From the NCBI GenBank assembly GCA_017499595.2, contig CM039007.1:806001-870000 (forward strand): DNA of 64,000 nt, written 5' to 3'. Numbering within the stretch: the first letter of the stretch is position 1; each line of letters starts with the position of its first letter. A model generated the notes under the pieces. The model was not told where the DNA came from. It searched no databases and saw only the letters and a list, made by a program, of their open reading frames with translations. Positions 39,316-53,160 of this stretch are shown piece after piece. This stretch comes from Psilocybe cubensis (lineage: Eukaryota). Both the position numbers and the translations under genes were made by a program.

Positions 39316-41679
39316 ATGACATCCACGGTATCGGAAGAAAGCTCTAAGGTACGTTTCCCCGGAAAGATTTTCCTCTGTTTCCTTTACGTTTGACGCCATT
39401 TACAGGCCGACCCGCCATGGATATGCGGAGATCCGCTCAAATATCCTCTCCCAAAGCCCGATAGTGACCCATGGGCGAGAGTACTTGAGCCTATGCTAGA
39501 GAAAGAAAACGAGATGTGCGAATCGTGGAGAGATGAAATCAATAATATTTTAATTTTTGTAAGCAATCAATGGTCGAACCTAATTTTTTGGCTGCGTTCG
39601 TTCTGATTCTCTGAAAGGCGGGCCTTTTTTCTGCGATTGTCAGTGCCTTTGTTGTGGAGTCGTACAAGGGATTACAGCCAGATTCCAGTGTGGAAATAAT
39701 CTCGTTACTCGGTCAAATTGCATCAATCCTCCGAGAGAGTACCAACCTTACAGCCGATAGCATCTTGAATGGGACAAGTACAATTCAATTGCAACAGGAC
39801 GATCCACAAACACCCCCGCCGGTGATGTCCCGTATCAACATACTTTGGTTCATTAGTCTAATTCTAAGCATCACCACTGTTCTCGTCGGGACTGTTTCTC
39901 TTCAATGGATTAGGGAATATCGACTATACCCCCGTCATATCACATCGCGCGACAAGCTTGCATTGCTAAACATGCGAATTGAAAGTTTCATTGGGTGGGG
40001 TGTACCTACACTCATTTCGCTATTGCCCGTCATCCTTCAGGCTTCCGTTGTCTTGTTTTTGGTTGGATTGATCGATTTTATAACCATTGTTGCCCCATCC
40101 CAGGTCTCAATTCCTGTCATTGCAGTCATCGCCCTTCCATTGACGTTCATTACGGTCACCACCTTACTTCCATCTTGTTATTGGATACCATCTTCACTCA
40201 TACTCCGCATATCCAAAACCTCTGTCCCATCGCAATGTCCCTACAAGTCTCCTCAATCATCCCTATTTATTCATCTGGTTAGAGCGATACTGGTTCTTCT
40301 ATCCAGGGCCTTTGACATTATCACCCACTTCTTCTATCTCTTGACTAGGCGTGCTGATACCATTTTACGACCAGTTTCCTGGCGGGGAAAAATATCGAAT
40401 CTGGTCGATCGCATGCTGCCCTCAAACGATCGGATATTTCTGCATTATCGACAACGATTCCACGAGCAAATTTACAGACAAAAGTGGAGACTTTACGATA
40501 CTCAGTCAACTCCAAATCAGCAATGGTGTGAAAAGGAGCAGGTATCCTTTTCTTGCGACGACCCTAACACATCACCCCCTCTTTATGACTGCATTATGGG
40601 TCTCAGGAAACTGCTTAGGGAAGGCGATAATCTCGATCCGGAGCTTGCGTCGTCTAGCTACTACTGCGTCCAAGATTTATTCAAATACGACCGTAGTGGC
40701 TCCTTTGGACCAAAGTTGTGGCATCAATATCTTCAAGGCTTGACATTGGATGACCATTCCCACACTTCTCTTGCCAGTCATAACGATGTTCAGCAATTGA
40801 TACCTTCGAGGATTTTACAGGAAGAAACCTTAATGACGGCGTTGACGGTGCTCCCTCGCACACCAGAGAACGTTCTTGCACTCTATGAACACCACATCCG
40901 TCTCTTCAACTTTTATTTGACATTACCTGCAAGATCAGTCACAAAGAGACAAAGATTAGAGTCCACACTATCTCTTCTATCAAGAGAGCGTATTGAGGAT
41001 CCCAAAGCTCGCTCTGGTGCGCCATTTATTTGAATACAGATTATGAATATTTACCTCTTCTTCAGACGTCTCCAGACAGTACACCATGCTTCTAGAAAAG
41101 CTCTTCGAAACCTATGCTTATCAAACAACCCCATACGTATTCCGTTATCAGAATACTATTCAACTTCTGGATGTCGCTTTTCGAGCACAAGATGACGCGG
41201 ATAGGAACCGTACCCTTCAATTGATTTATTCTCATGTGGTTGAAATTGGAAAATTCTCGTCCAGTCCCATTGGTCCTCAATATTTGCTCTACTTCCTCAT
41301 GGCTTCTTACGTTGGTCTGGTGGTTGGTGCTGGTCATCATTTCACAGCCTTTGGAAGGCAGATGGAAGAATCTCTGATTTTACAACTGGTGGACATCGGG
41401 AACTCGATACGCTTCGATCAATTGACACAAAGCGCGGATCCTAGTCAATGGGGCTATGGGTATAAAATATTCGTGGAACAGGCGGAACTTCAAAGATTGG
41501 CGCGATACACAAACCATACGCGTCAAGCAAATATGCATTGGCGCTCACACACGCCGTCAGTCACGCAGATGTGGGTGCCAGAGATCCCGAAACCTGAAGG
41601 TTTCCAGAATACTTGCAGAGTTGGATGTGACGACACGTCTTCAATAACTGTTGCTTTTGAGGTAGGACAAAAACCATAG
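39316..41679 (+). CDS. DUF6535-like multi-pass membrane protein with a long variable C-terminal region
   Basis: Exons 39316-39348, 39406-39558, 39618-41016, 41066-41679. Signature DPWARV...EMCESWRDEINNILIF|AGLFSAIVSAFVVESYKGLQPD...RINILWFISLILSI...LQWIREY...LLPVILQASVVLFLVGL...CPYKSPQS. Confidence 0.85.
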
Positions 41680-41846
41680 AACATGTTAATTGTCCGATTC
41701 GAAAACGGGAAAGTTGAAATTCCCTAGAGCTCCTATCTGTCTGGGTTTTAACATTTCGGCATATACCGAGAAAAAGTTTTGATTCGCTTGAAAAATACTC
41801 CAATTCCTCTTCGAATAGTGTTTTTCTTTGGTTCTGGATCAGATAC

Positions 41847-42537
41847 ATGACTATGGTGCCTCAATCTCGACTGGAGACAACGCAATGCCAACAATGTTGG
41901 AAGTCTCGCGCAGACAGAGTTACCCTTTTCCGGTGTTCAGGTTGTCAGATCGCATTATATTGTGTACGTCTGTCTCAATAATCCTGCATGCTTGAATATA
42001 CAACATCATGTACAGAGCAGAGAATGTCAGAAGACCGCCTGGCCGATGCACAAGTCAACATGCAGACTTAATTCTTCCCGGCATATGACCAATGAAGGTC
42101 TATCTCGCGAGTTGAAGAAGCTACGCTCTTTTTGCACGAAACATCGACCAGCGTTTACTGAGTATGGACTCAGAGCTCTTCAACTTTCCAAAGATCCAAC
42201 TCGTTGTACTCGCGATTTCCTTCTCATATCGGTGTTTCCTGTTCCAGATGAAACACGGTCGGAGAAAGCATTCAAGGCAACTGGGGCTGAGATCATGCCA
42301 TTTGATACATTTGGCGAAGAGCATGGAGACGAGCTTCGGAGTCAGTTGAAGACGTATGAGCAAGAAGTAAAGAAATTCGGAGGTATCAGCTGCATATTGG
42401 TCGTTGTGTGTGATATGGTTTCGTTTGTCCAGAACATCTGTCCTGTGGGGTTCAACAGTGACATCTATCAAATGGAAATTGGCCAGCCGTGGAGGGAACC
42501 CCTACTGGAGAAGCTGAACAGTGGAATTGTCCAATAA
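41847..42537 (+). CDS. MYND-type zinc finger protein
   Basis: Exons 41847-41963 and 42016-42537 give CQQC...RCSGCQIALYC|SRECQKTAWPMHKSTC. Confidence 0.88.
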
Positions 42538-42861
42538 TTTTTCAAAAAATTTTACGCCTAGTGGTACCAACATGAACTTTTGCATGCAAATATTTATTTA
42601 TATATTGTACAGAGTCACATAATGTAGCGAAATCAGCGAGAAGAAAAATGAATAATGCCCATGATCTGTGATAAATGTGGAATAGAGAATATGAAAATGT
42701 AGGGGATGAAAACGAACGAAATATTTGTGAACTAGGATGGGATCCGATGAGCAAGAAAACGGCAAAGAGAAATGTACAATCTAATATAGAATGACGAAAC
42801 GAAATCGAAACTAAGGCAAATGATAGGATAGGTTCAACAAAGTCCAAATAAAAAATAAAGA

Positions 42862-45800
42862 TCACCAGGCATCATCACCCGACGCTCGACCGGGTTCACT
42901 CTCAGGCCCTGAAGGCACACCTAGATCGAGAGACTCCATGTCACCCAGCAGAATTTCGTGCTCCGGTCTTAAAAACAAGCTCCCTGGGCTTCCGGTGACC
43001 ATGGAAAAGTTGGCTATAGTGGGAGATATGCTCGTCGTAGACGTGATAGACTTGTTATTCACGTGTCCAGGCCCAGAATAGGACGACGACTGAGATGTTG
43101 CAAGGGCATTAGTTCCGCTTCCCCGTGGGCGTGGTATTGCCCGAGGGGTGGCCATGGATCTTTGCATTTGCTGGGAGTTCGCGGGCGCAAAAGCATATTG
43201 CGACTGGTCAACAATGCTCCTACTGTCCATGCTATAGTTCGTATCGTCGTGCAAAAGCATGGTCATATTAGAAGGTGGTATTGGGAAGATTGAAGAGGTA
43301 TCACTTCGCCGCCTTTTGATAGAAGGCGTCGAAGTTGGGGGTAAAAAGTCGCCAGCTGTATCGTCCGCATTAGGTTCGAACTCAGGGGTTGCGCATTCAG
43401 GTTGGTTATCAATGCTGTGATGAATGATGACAGTATTGTTATAAGCATCCTCTTGGTCGTCTTCTGGTTCTTGCTCTTCGTCTTGACGGATGAAGCTGGG
43501 CGTAGAATCCATTGCGAGAGGGCTGCTGTTGCCGGTTTTTGGAATGGGGGTCCTGAACCCGCTGGTTGTGCCAATGCTGCTTCCACTCCAGCTCGGAGAA
43601 AGACCAGGCACTTTGATAGCCCTGAGGGCCGCCAATTCTCTCCGCAGCGCAGCACACTCCCTCTCAACAGAATCGAACGCATGGCGGAGGTCATTATTTT
43701 GCTGTACAAGGACCGAGGCATGCTCAAGACGATCCCGAAGTTGTGAATTCTCTTCCCGAAGTAGGCGCACCGTCCGTTGACTGTCGGATAGAGCATTCAA
43801 CAAGGCCGCCATTTCCGTTCCATGCTTCTCCTTCAAGTCTCGAACTTCCTCACGCTCCCTCTCCCTCTCCCGATCCAACCTGTCCCTATCACGCCCGAGG
43901 TACCCAAACGACTCTGCAAGACTAGTTGGCGCCGTCGACACCGACTTGGGTGTATCCCGGTCTCTGCTGGAGCTTGATACAGTGAACGTTGGACTCTCCA
44001 TGAGCCCTTGATGGTTATATGGTGATGATCCGCCACCATAACTGCTTCCTCCAAAGGACTCGCTGCCTCTACGTCCTGAAGTAACACCACCGACTTCAGA
44101 GTACGCCATGCGGGATTGAGCACGGCTGTGGCCAGGGTTGTAATTGTATTCGGATGCGCTTCGAGCGCCATTGTACCTGGCGCTACTAGAGAGGGGTGAG
44201 GGTGAGGGTGCAACACTTACGCTGTTGCTTCGAGTTCTGTCGCGTAAGCGACCGAAACTGCTTTCTCCTCCAGACTTCTCCTTCTCCTTGCTGCGGTCGC
44301 GTTCGAAGTCGAGGAGTCCTGCAGCCTTGAAAGCCTTTGCCGTTCTCGGTCCCAACCACTCCATCTTCGGACCCGCCCCGCTCCCACTGCTCGCTGGTCT
44401 CTCGTATCTGCTTTCAACCCCATCATCATCGCGAAACATCTTCGGGCTTGTATGAGCGGACGCGCTACTTCCAGGCCGAGATATCCATGAACCATAAGCA
44501 CTGTTATCCGTCATCATCGTATTGACATATCGCCCTTCATTCAACTGTTCTTGAACGCTCATGCTACGCTTCCTTGCACGCGGAGGGACCCCAGTGACGC
44601 GAGGAATGGACAGTGCAGTATCTCCTGAGCTACCCGTGACTCTCAGAGAGGGTGTCCGTTCTCTTTCCCTTTCTCTCTCCCTTTCGCGTTCTCGCAAACG
44701 TTGTACAGAGCTAGGTAGATGTGTCGAGTCGCCCTTTACCCGCGAACCGGCAACTTCAAACGGACGATCTTCGGTTTCTCTTGATGGTGATATCTCAGCT
44801 TCTGTCATCCTCCGTTCAGGGTGTTCAGGGGACGCGGACCTGCGCGAAATGTGAGGTCGTGTCCTGCCTTCAAGCGAAGTTCGGCGCCTGTCTAATGAAG
44901 GACGTCCAAGCCCGATTTCTCGTCCTAACGAAGGACCAGGAAGCGGACGTCGAGAGTCCAGCGACCCACGGCTCGGCGGTGTCACCACCTGTTGTAATGG
45001 CGATGACGAATCACCAGTACTGGATGGACTGTCCTTGGAGCGGCCGCTGCCACCACTTCCGAGCATGACTTGTCTAAGCGTTCGCGTCGCTAGACGGGAG
45101 GTAACGGGAGTTTCCTTTCCTTGTGGCGTTTTATCTTCTGTACTGCGATTTCGATTGCCAAAAAGATTTGTTGCTCGCAATGAAGGTTGGCTAAACATGC
45201 TGGGTGAGCGAGGTGGCGGCAGTGTTCGGCGAGGAGCAGGTGTTGAAGTAGGAGCGGAGCTTAAGGAGGGAGAGGGGGATGCAGGTGGTGTATCATGTGC
45301 AGTGATGGTAGGTTTGGGTACATTGGTGTTTATTTTTTCGGGGGTCACTTTCGGCGTTGTGCTGGTTGCATTTTTCCCTGACGGCGTAGCGGGAGAAAGT
45401 GAAGGAAACCATGGAGAGGTGGGGGAGGGGGAAGGCGATGAACGTAGTTTGGGCAACAAGGAAGCCGACTGCTGAGCTCTGGAATGGCGAGAACCCGGCG
45501 ATGGAGGAAAGGTAGGTGTAGTTGGCGATAAAGATGGTCTTCGACGGTGGTCAGGGGTGTGGCTCAGTGATTTTGATGAGGAATTCTTGGATGCGGAATA
45601 TGGGCTCAAAAGGGCCAAGAGATCAGCATCGACTGTATCAGGGTTGAATGTCTGATTTGCTGCCTCAGGGTGTTCATCAGCATCGATAACAACCACGGCT
45701 TTGTCTGCCTTCAGCCATTCCTGTCCAGAACGTGATGACGAAGCACTCTTCCTCAAGGCATCGCGAACTTGATTTTCCACGTCCGTCGCAGATAAGTTTA

Positions 45801-46603
45801 GGGCAGACGTATCAAATTCGACCGAGTCAGAGTGTTGAAGATGCCGCTGGCCTGCCCTAACAGACAGAGAACCGTGGTTACTGTGTGGATGTAGGAAGTG
45901 TCGGCTGGGCGAAGACGGCCTTGATTGAGCAATTTTCGACACCCCTGAACTGTCCGCCTCCATGATGGTTGAGAGTTCAGCTGTCAAAGGGGGTCCAGGA
46001 GAAGGAGTCCGCAAAGTGAACGCTGATATTACATATATATCAGAGTTAGTTGATGAAATGGTCGAAGATTGCGTACGACGCACCTGAACGCAGTGTTCCG
46101 TCTCCGTTTGAAAGGACATTTTCCTCACGAAATGCCGGTTCACGAGGAAGTGGCTTTTCGAGACGCGACAGTGAAGCCGACCTCCGAATGGCCCCTTCAT
46201 CCGCAACAGGTCCATTCGCCCTATCAATAGCAATAACAGTGGCTCCAACATCATTTGAAAGCGACGATTTTCGTTCTCGGGTCATAGACCTCCTAACCGA
46301 ACCAAAGTTCGCGAAAGGGCTCTTAGAGTTATTGGGTGATGCAGTGGCATGTTTGTTCGGTCCAAAAGGTAGTAGAGAGCGTAGGGTGCGGAAAGCAGGA
46401 ATGCCTGAACCTGCAGGGCTGGTTGGTGTAGTGTTGTTTGTGGGTGTGCCCGGAGAATAGCCAATGCCTTGTGGGGGTGTCAAGCCCGAGTTCAAAGACC
46501 CGTTGCTGGACGATGCTCGCCGAGAATAGTTTCCTGGCGCGAATACCCCCTTTTTCGACTGTGTCGGTAGTGGGGTATTTGGTGAAAGTTGGGCTGTCGC
46601 CAT
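42862..46603 (-). CDS. Large Ser/Pro/Arg-rich protein with a C-terminal-half coiled coil, function unknown
   Basis: Exons 46603-46084 and 46022-42862 join in frame across a GTGCGT...TCAG intron; coiled-coil segment EVRDLKEKHGTEMAALLNALSDSQRTVRLLREENSQLRDRL. Confidence 0.8.
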
Positions 46604-47086
46604 CGCCTTCTCTGTCCTTGTCTCCACTGATTGGAGAACGGCCAGATTAAAATTTTGAGTATAGTCTACGATCTTGTAGGTTATGAGGTAGACATCATCG
46701 CAATGAGTATGTAGAGAACGTCGAGTACGTCGCAGATGGTGGACGTTCGGATACAAACCACAATATTTTCCCGCGGCGAAGATTTGTGGCCCTAGAATAG
46801 GGTTACAATGGCACAACCATATCACAACAACTTGAACGACCATACTTCTTACTCCAGAACCCCGAGGTATTTGGCTTAAGACTTGGTTACTTAGCAAGTG
46901 GGAACCTATCCTGATCAATTTGGTGAATTTCTGGGATTGGTCGCGATTTTATCGACTTCCGAACTGTTTGTACATTTCTTTTTTGGCAGAACAAAGGCAA
47001 GGTTACTACTAGTCCTCATCCATTCCCCAGGCTCGAATTTTGCTAGATTGTTTCAAGTGAATTACTCACTGCGATCTAAATTTAAG

Positions 47087-48601
47087 CTACAAGTCGGGCA
47101 TACTCTTTATCATCGACTTCCAAATATTATACGCGACCCAAGGCAACGTTACCCCAAGAATAACCCACATAGGCACTATGAGGAACACAACGGGCTCCTT
47201 CCAACTATTCTTGAACGGCGTAACGATACCAGCTAAAATGCTGACCACGGCGAAAGTCAGCATAAAAATGACACCCGACATATACAAAGCGACATGAAAA
47301 AGAATTTGTAGGTCTGGGCTACCCTTAGTGAGCATGTTTTTTTACAAGATGCGTACTAAATGACTGACATGATTTTATGGTTTTCCAATTGAAATGCATC
47401 CATCGAGTTGACTGTAGCGTGTCGTCTACTATTGACGGGAGTATTGGACGCACAAGCCTCAGAATAAAGCTCCGAACAACACGTAAAATCTTCCGCAGAA
47501 CGACTGACATCATGACACTGTTCGCCGCAGGGGTCAAGAGTGGGAATAGAACAAAGACCCCAAGAGCTATTGCGGCAAAGAAGCATTCTTGTAGCCAGAT
47601 CTTGAAGCTTGCGGCCTGCCATGCCTCGAAGTACGCTTCCATCGTCAAATGGCTTCTGTCCTCTGGTAGAGATCCGAACTTCCATTGGGGATCGAACGTG
47701 AACTGATAGAGAATGTACGTCCACAGCGCAACCCAGGCCGATGCAAGCGCTATACCTACACTATACAATATGCCTCGATTGACTGTATATCGATATAAAT
47801 GGCTTCGTCCATATTAGAAAATAGTTCAGTGCGTACCTGAATGTAGAATTTCTGACTGGTCTCTATTAAAAAATCCCGGGAAAATATTTGATGAGTTATA
47901 CTCATAAAGCCCCAAGATGTATAGCCTGTTGTGAGAGAGATTAACAATTGATACAGCATTAAAATTCCAACAAAATATCATGCTTACACTGTAGTCACTG
48001 GCACGGCTATAGTCCAGTCTGTCCATGTCGCCGCAGTCGATTGGTTTGCGTATCCTAGCATAGCCTTCGACAGTCCAAACGCAGTAACCGCACTGCAAAC
48101 AAGGATACGATAGGGAGTAACATCAGGGTTTGACGAGCGCATATAAGCGTTTAATTCTCCAGGCGCCTCATCGGAGACATATTCAGGGCGATTTATTGAG
48201 AATAAAGCAAAGAATTTCCAGACGAAATCCATGCAGTCTGGCTTGAATAGCCACGTCAAGTAAGATGGTACATCCTCTCGCGAGTCATAAGCACTGAGAA
48301 CAAAGAAACTAGCTTGGTATATACTATCAGTCACGGATTAAAGTGCTAGTCGTAATCAACAATATCATTACATTACCGAGAGAAGAGTCCCAGCGACCCA
48401 TTCCAATGTGGTGGAGACTATAGCACCTCCGTTCTGTGTCGCAATCGCCTTCGCGGTTCCAAATCCAACTGTAGTGACAAGTACCGCGAGCCTATACGGT
48501 GTTAGCTTAGGGTGCCAGGGTTTTGGAGACTGGAGCGAAGTTGATTGGAGATAAGTTGGAGGTTGGTCTGTGGAGTGGACGGCATATCCGATTTCGCTCA
48601 T
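47087..48601 (-). CDS. Multi-pass membrane protein with two copies of a TPYR...FG.xKA...W module
   Basis: About five exons. Repeat 1 PKLTPYRLAVLVTTVGFGTAKAIATQNGGAIVSTTLEWVAG; repeat 2 PDVTPYRILVCSAVTAFGLSKAMLGYANQSTAATWTDWTIA; further hydrophobic helices follow. Start codon and some splice sites uncertain. Confidence 0.65.
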
Positions 48602-49004
48602 GCAGGTCTTGATGTCTGTAATTCGAAATTGGAGCAAGGTAAATAAATGCTTTCCAGATCCTGGAGGTGTTGGACACAGAGACACTGAACAAGGGTGTCG
48701 GAAGAAACGCATTGTGTAGCTCACCGTCAACAGCGGGGATCAATGGCAAGTAAAAATAGCAAGCGTCATGATAATCGGGAATTAGTAAATGCTTGAAAAG
48801 CTAATGGCAGTTCAATAAAATGCTAAAGAGAAATAAATAACACCCTCTGAACTTGTAGATACTCGGAGCATCTGAGCAACGAGATATAATGCGGTATGAT
48901 GGATGCTCCCTCTCTGATGCATTTGCGTGTGGTGGCCCCAACAAATGATACATATATAATAGAGAAATCCAAAACGTGCCAACTCGCTACAGCTAGAGCA
49001 GATG

Positions 49005-50179
49005 CTACATTATCACACATCGACAGCTGTACCCAAAACATTCAAATCGGCATCCAGGACAATCACATCCAGCCTCGCTTGGTGGTGTCTGCCGTGAAGG
49101 GGTAGATTGCGTGATTGGAATAGTGGCAGTAGCGGCTGGTTGACTCGTTGCATTCTTCTCCACGTTTGCTGGCACGACGTTTACCTTCGCCGGATTATAA
49201 TCGATTGAAAGGGCCCTAGTTACCGACCTAGACTCCAGCCAGTCCTTAGGGACAAAAGTGAGGGCATACGAAAACGCTTCCGCATTTGCGTCTCTCACAT
49301 AATTCATCTGCAAGCGTAAGCAATCGATGTGCTTGCGCAAGAAAGAGGTATTACCTTGTTTACATAGTCCTCGTAAGCGTCCCGGAGCTCGAGCCATGTC
49401 GGCATAGTAGTGGGGATTTTTTCCCTGGCATTGAGATAGGTGATCTCGCCGAGTTTCTCATCTTGATGATTCTGCACCATGCCGGTTTTGGTCCACCAGC
49501 GCTTAAACATGTTGATACACTCTTCCAGGTTATGCAGAACGGTGTCAAAGTTGTTTTCCAACCCTTTATGTATGTCGTTTAGTTAGCAAATTGTTTCATT
49601 TGAGTCAGAGAGATAGCAGATATGCTGACCATTTAGCCTGTCGACACCTTTGTTTGCCTTGATAGCCTTTGAACGGAACAGATAGTCTCACATTCAGTTG
49701 ATCCCACAGCGTGTCGAAGCAGGAAAAACTTACATCTTTGATCCCTCTTTGCACGTTTCGAAATTCCCGAGCTGTTTCTTCTGCCTCCTTCGCTCCCGTG
49801 GATGCACAGCTCTTCATCTGCTCGAGGTATTTAGCGATGTCGTCCTCGCTTGCCAGGTGGATTTTTTCGACTAAACCAATCCCTTCCTGGGCAACAGCAT
49901 GCCCCGTCTGAGCAGCGTCGATTCCGGTATCGTATGCCTTGACAAAATTTCCGACTTGCTTCCCAATTATGACGGTCGAGGGTGACCTAGATAGTCTAAG
50001 CCTTTTTCTCCGCTGGCAGTCCCCTTCATCAAAGCTTACTGTCTGTCTGGATCAGAGGAGGCAATTGCCAGTCGCCAATCATTAACAAAGACAAAAAACG
50101 AGTTCGTCGAGTTTTTGAGGGATATTAGCTGCTGCTTGTACTCGCTGCTATCATGGGTCTGAATTCGCGAATCGCCCAT
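49005..50179 (-). CDS. Cluster paralog 1: helical protein (~313 aa) with a Cys-rich tail and CaaX box (CVIM)
   Basis: Exons 50179-50040, 49986-49734, 49666-49630, 49563-49355, 49307-49005 (942 nt in frame). Motifs AAQTGH, EFRNVQRGI, FKRWWTKTGM, WLELRDAYEDY; ends GCDCPGCRFECFGYSCRCVIM*. Confidence 0.8.
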
Positions 50180-51537
50180 GATGTCTATGCTTGTTCGAGA
50201 TAAAACGAAGCGGTGAGTGGATTGTGGAGTGAGTACGGATACAAAGCAACAATTTGCTTCTATATGCAACTCCTCGCAGCTTTCGATAAACATACACGCT
50301 GGTCCCTCGGACGGTGCGTTCTCCGCGTTTGAATGAAGGGAAGATGTCAAAGTTTCAATCCACGTTGCAAAAACGCAATGCTTACGGCGTTTCGAGAATG
50401 ATCGATCCATTGCAAAATTTGCCACCCTCTACACGATATGAATTTAATTTTGAGATGGCATATTGTGAAGGATACCACCGGCAGCCTCGAGGTATCCTAG
50501 ATGCACAACAAATCAAAACGTAATGGGGCGGCAGACGAACAAACCCTCCGACGGTGCCAAATCTAGGCTAGCAGGTAAGTCACAAGAACATCGAAATGTT
50601 GGTCAAAATGTTGGTCACCACCTGTATTTCTCTACCCCTGGGAGTATGTTGGAAACGAAGTCAAAGTGAGGAAGTTTTCTAGGCCGTTGACTTAAACACA
50701 AGTTGCCGTATCGTAGAAACCCAATAGAAACAGGCAAGAAAGAAACAGGCTTAACGTGCTGTCCATGGGCCATGCCGGGCATGGCATTCTACATTGCATC
50801 GGCGTTTCAAATTATCGAACTCCGTATCACTTTTTGACAGTGTTTGTTGAACCGTGTCTGTGACAAACATGACATGCTCTTTCTTCATAACCACTCTGTG
50901 GCTGGTCTGTGGCGCAATTTGTGCCAATGGAGCACGTCTTTCTGTCTTGTATGGCATCCCAAACGCCAATAAGTTCTATAATCTTAGTATCTTATCCGAC
51001 TCACATGCAGTTTTACTAATTTGTCGATATTCCAGCTCGACACGCGACGGTATTGAGATGTTTGTTGGGTCATGTATTGAAAAATTCCGTCAATGCAACA
51101 ACGATAGGAACTTTTGCACGTATATTTCTCAGCGGTATTAACTTGAGCATAAATTGAAACGTTTCGTTTCAAAATTATTCTAGTTTTTAACTGATTTATC
51201 ACTGTTTAGAGGTTGTTTGACTCGTCATTTTCTTACAGGTGCAGTAATAATTGTCAAAGCTCGATGATACTCAGTTGTTGTACAGAGATATATTTGCGCG
51301 ATTATGAAGAGAGGCTAATAAAGACCTTTGTGCACACTGCGTATCTCCCAGAAAGCGATTTTTTCAAGGCTCAATGTCATTGTCATATTACAACAAACGC
51401 ATTATTCGAGGCAAGGTCATTCTACTTTATTTCCGTCGCCATTTGCATTTACGTGTATCTATTCATCTTTTACAAGTAATATAGGCATGATGGCAGTCTC
51501 AACATTTGCTTGAATCCATACCGATAATGCCCACCGT

Positions 51538-53160
51538 TCACATAATTATACAACATTTGCATCCCTCCTCTTTGGGTCTCTTCGGCTCCTCAATTCGATT
51601 TTCCTCTTCCTTTACTCTCTGCTCTTTGGATCTCTTTGCCTCTTCAAATTCCTTTGCCGCCTGTACTCTTTGTTCCTCGAGTTTCTTCGCCTCCAGGATT
51701 CTCCTTGCTTCCTCCGCTCTTTGCTCCTCAAGTCTTCGTGTTTTTTCAAACATCATTTCCTCTTCAATTCTCTGTTGTTCTGCCTTCTCGTCTCTCCTGG
51801 TCTCCTCGATTCTCCTGGTCTCCTCGATTCTCCTGGCTTCCTCGATTCTCCTGGTCTCCTCGATTCTCCTGGCCTCCTCGATTCTCCTGGCCTCCTCGAT
51901 TCTCCTGGCCTCCTCGATTCTGTTCTCCTCCTCGACTCTCCTTGCCTCCTCAACTCTGCTCTCCTTCTCGATTCTGCACACCTCTTCAATCCTCCTGGCC
52001 TCCTCGATTTTTGCCTCCTCAATTCTCGCCTCCTCGATTCTCCTTGCTTCCTCTTCTATTCTCTCAGCCTCTATTACCCTCGCCTCCTCTATCCTCATCT
52101 CCTCGATTCTCCTTGCCTCCCTCTCAACTCTCTCGTCCTCTTCTCTTCTTATTTCATTGTACTCAGTCAGTTCAATTCTGGCAGCAATGGCCTGTGCAAA
52201 TTCGAATGTCCCCTGGTTCGTATCCTCAATGTACTTCATCTACAATTAAGGATTTATAATCAGACACATACAGGGTACTGTGATACAGCGATATCTGCAG
52301 AGTCAAAATGGTCACCTTGTCCGTATACTGCAAGTATGCTAATTCGATGTCTTTCCAGGTAGTCTTGATCGCGTCAACGTTGTTATGTGAGTCGGTGCCT
52401 CTGATTTCAGTCATTTTGAGGCTTAGGTATTTGTGGATCATGCCGGCTTTGGTCCACCAACGGATGTAAATTGTCATGCATTTCTGCAAGTCTTCGAGGA
52501 CAAAATCCACAGCCTCGAGAGCTACGAATCAAAATGAGCATATCAAAACTAGTCAATCCGAACAACGGTTGGTGAGTGCTAACTTTCTATCTTATTGCTT
52601 CCTTGTTTTCGAAACCCCTGGATGGCCTGGTGCAGAGGTTAAATGACTCATTTACGATATTTGTACGACACGTAACTTACTTTTTTGATCCCGTTCTGTA
52701 CTTCGCGAAAATTTCTGGCCGTCTGCTCAGCTTCACTTGCTCCTTGAGAAATAAGCCTCTCCATCTGCTCCATGTAGTGCTCATAATCCTCATTTTCGGA
52801 TGGGTTTACGTCCCCATTGTTGAACATTTCCAGATGTTCGGCTACGCCAACCCCGTCTCGTGCCGCTGCATGACCCGTCTCGGCTGCCTGAACTCCATTG
52901 CGATGCGCCTCAGCAAAACGCCCTATGTGACGACCAATTGGGTGCGTCGACAACGATCTAGCATTACTTCTTAATAACGGTTTGACGCCTACTAAATTGA
53001 AGGCTTACTCTGGCGTGGAGTTGGACGTCGCTGTTGATGACCTCCAAGTGTCCAAAGATTTCAGAAATTTATTCATCGACTTCTCGATAGCCGTCAGCTG
53101 TGCTTGGTGGGCATCTTGCGTCGCCACTAAGTCGGCATTCTGAGTACTGACAAGTTCCAT
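51538..53160 (-). CDS. Cluster paralog 2: helical protein (~459 aa) with an RRIEEA-repeat spacer and CaaX box (CIIM)
   Basis: Exons 53160-53009, 52957-52681, 52626-52584, 52521-52316, 52239-51538 (1,380 nt in frame). Motifs AAETGH, NFREVQNGI, YIRWWTKAGM, WKDIELAYLQY; ends EEGCKCCIIM*. Confidence 0.82.
51794..52120 (-). repeat. Coding 18-bp minisatellite encoding (RRIEEA/T)n
   Basis: TCCTCGATTCTCCTGG(C/T)(C/T) repeated near-perfectly at ~51800-51920, degenerate copies to ~52120. Confidence 0.9.

Noticed and set aside
51506..52362. Plus-strand ORFs with SSILLA / PPRFSW repeats
   Set aside because: Antisense readings of the RRIEEA minisatellite in paralog 2.
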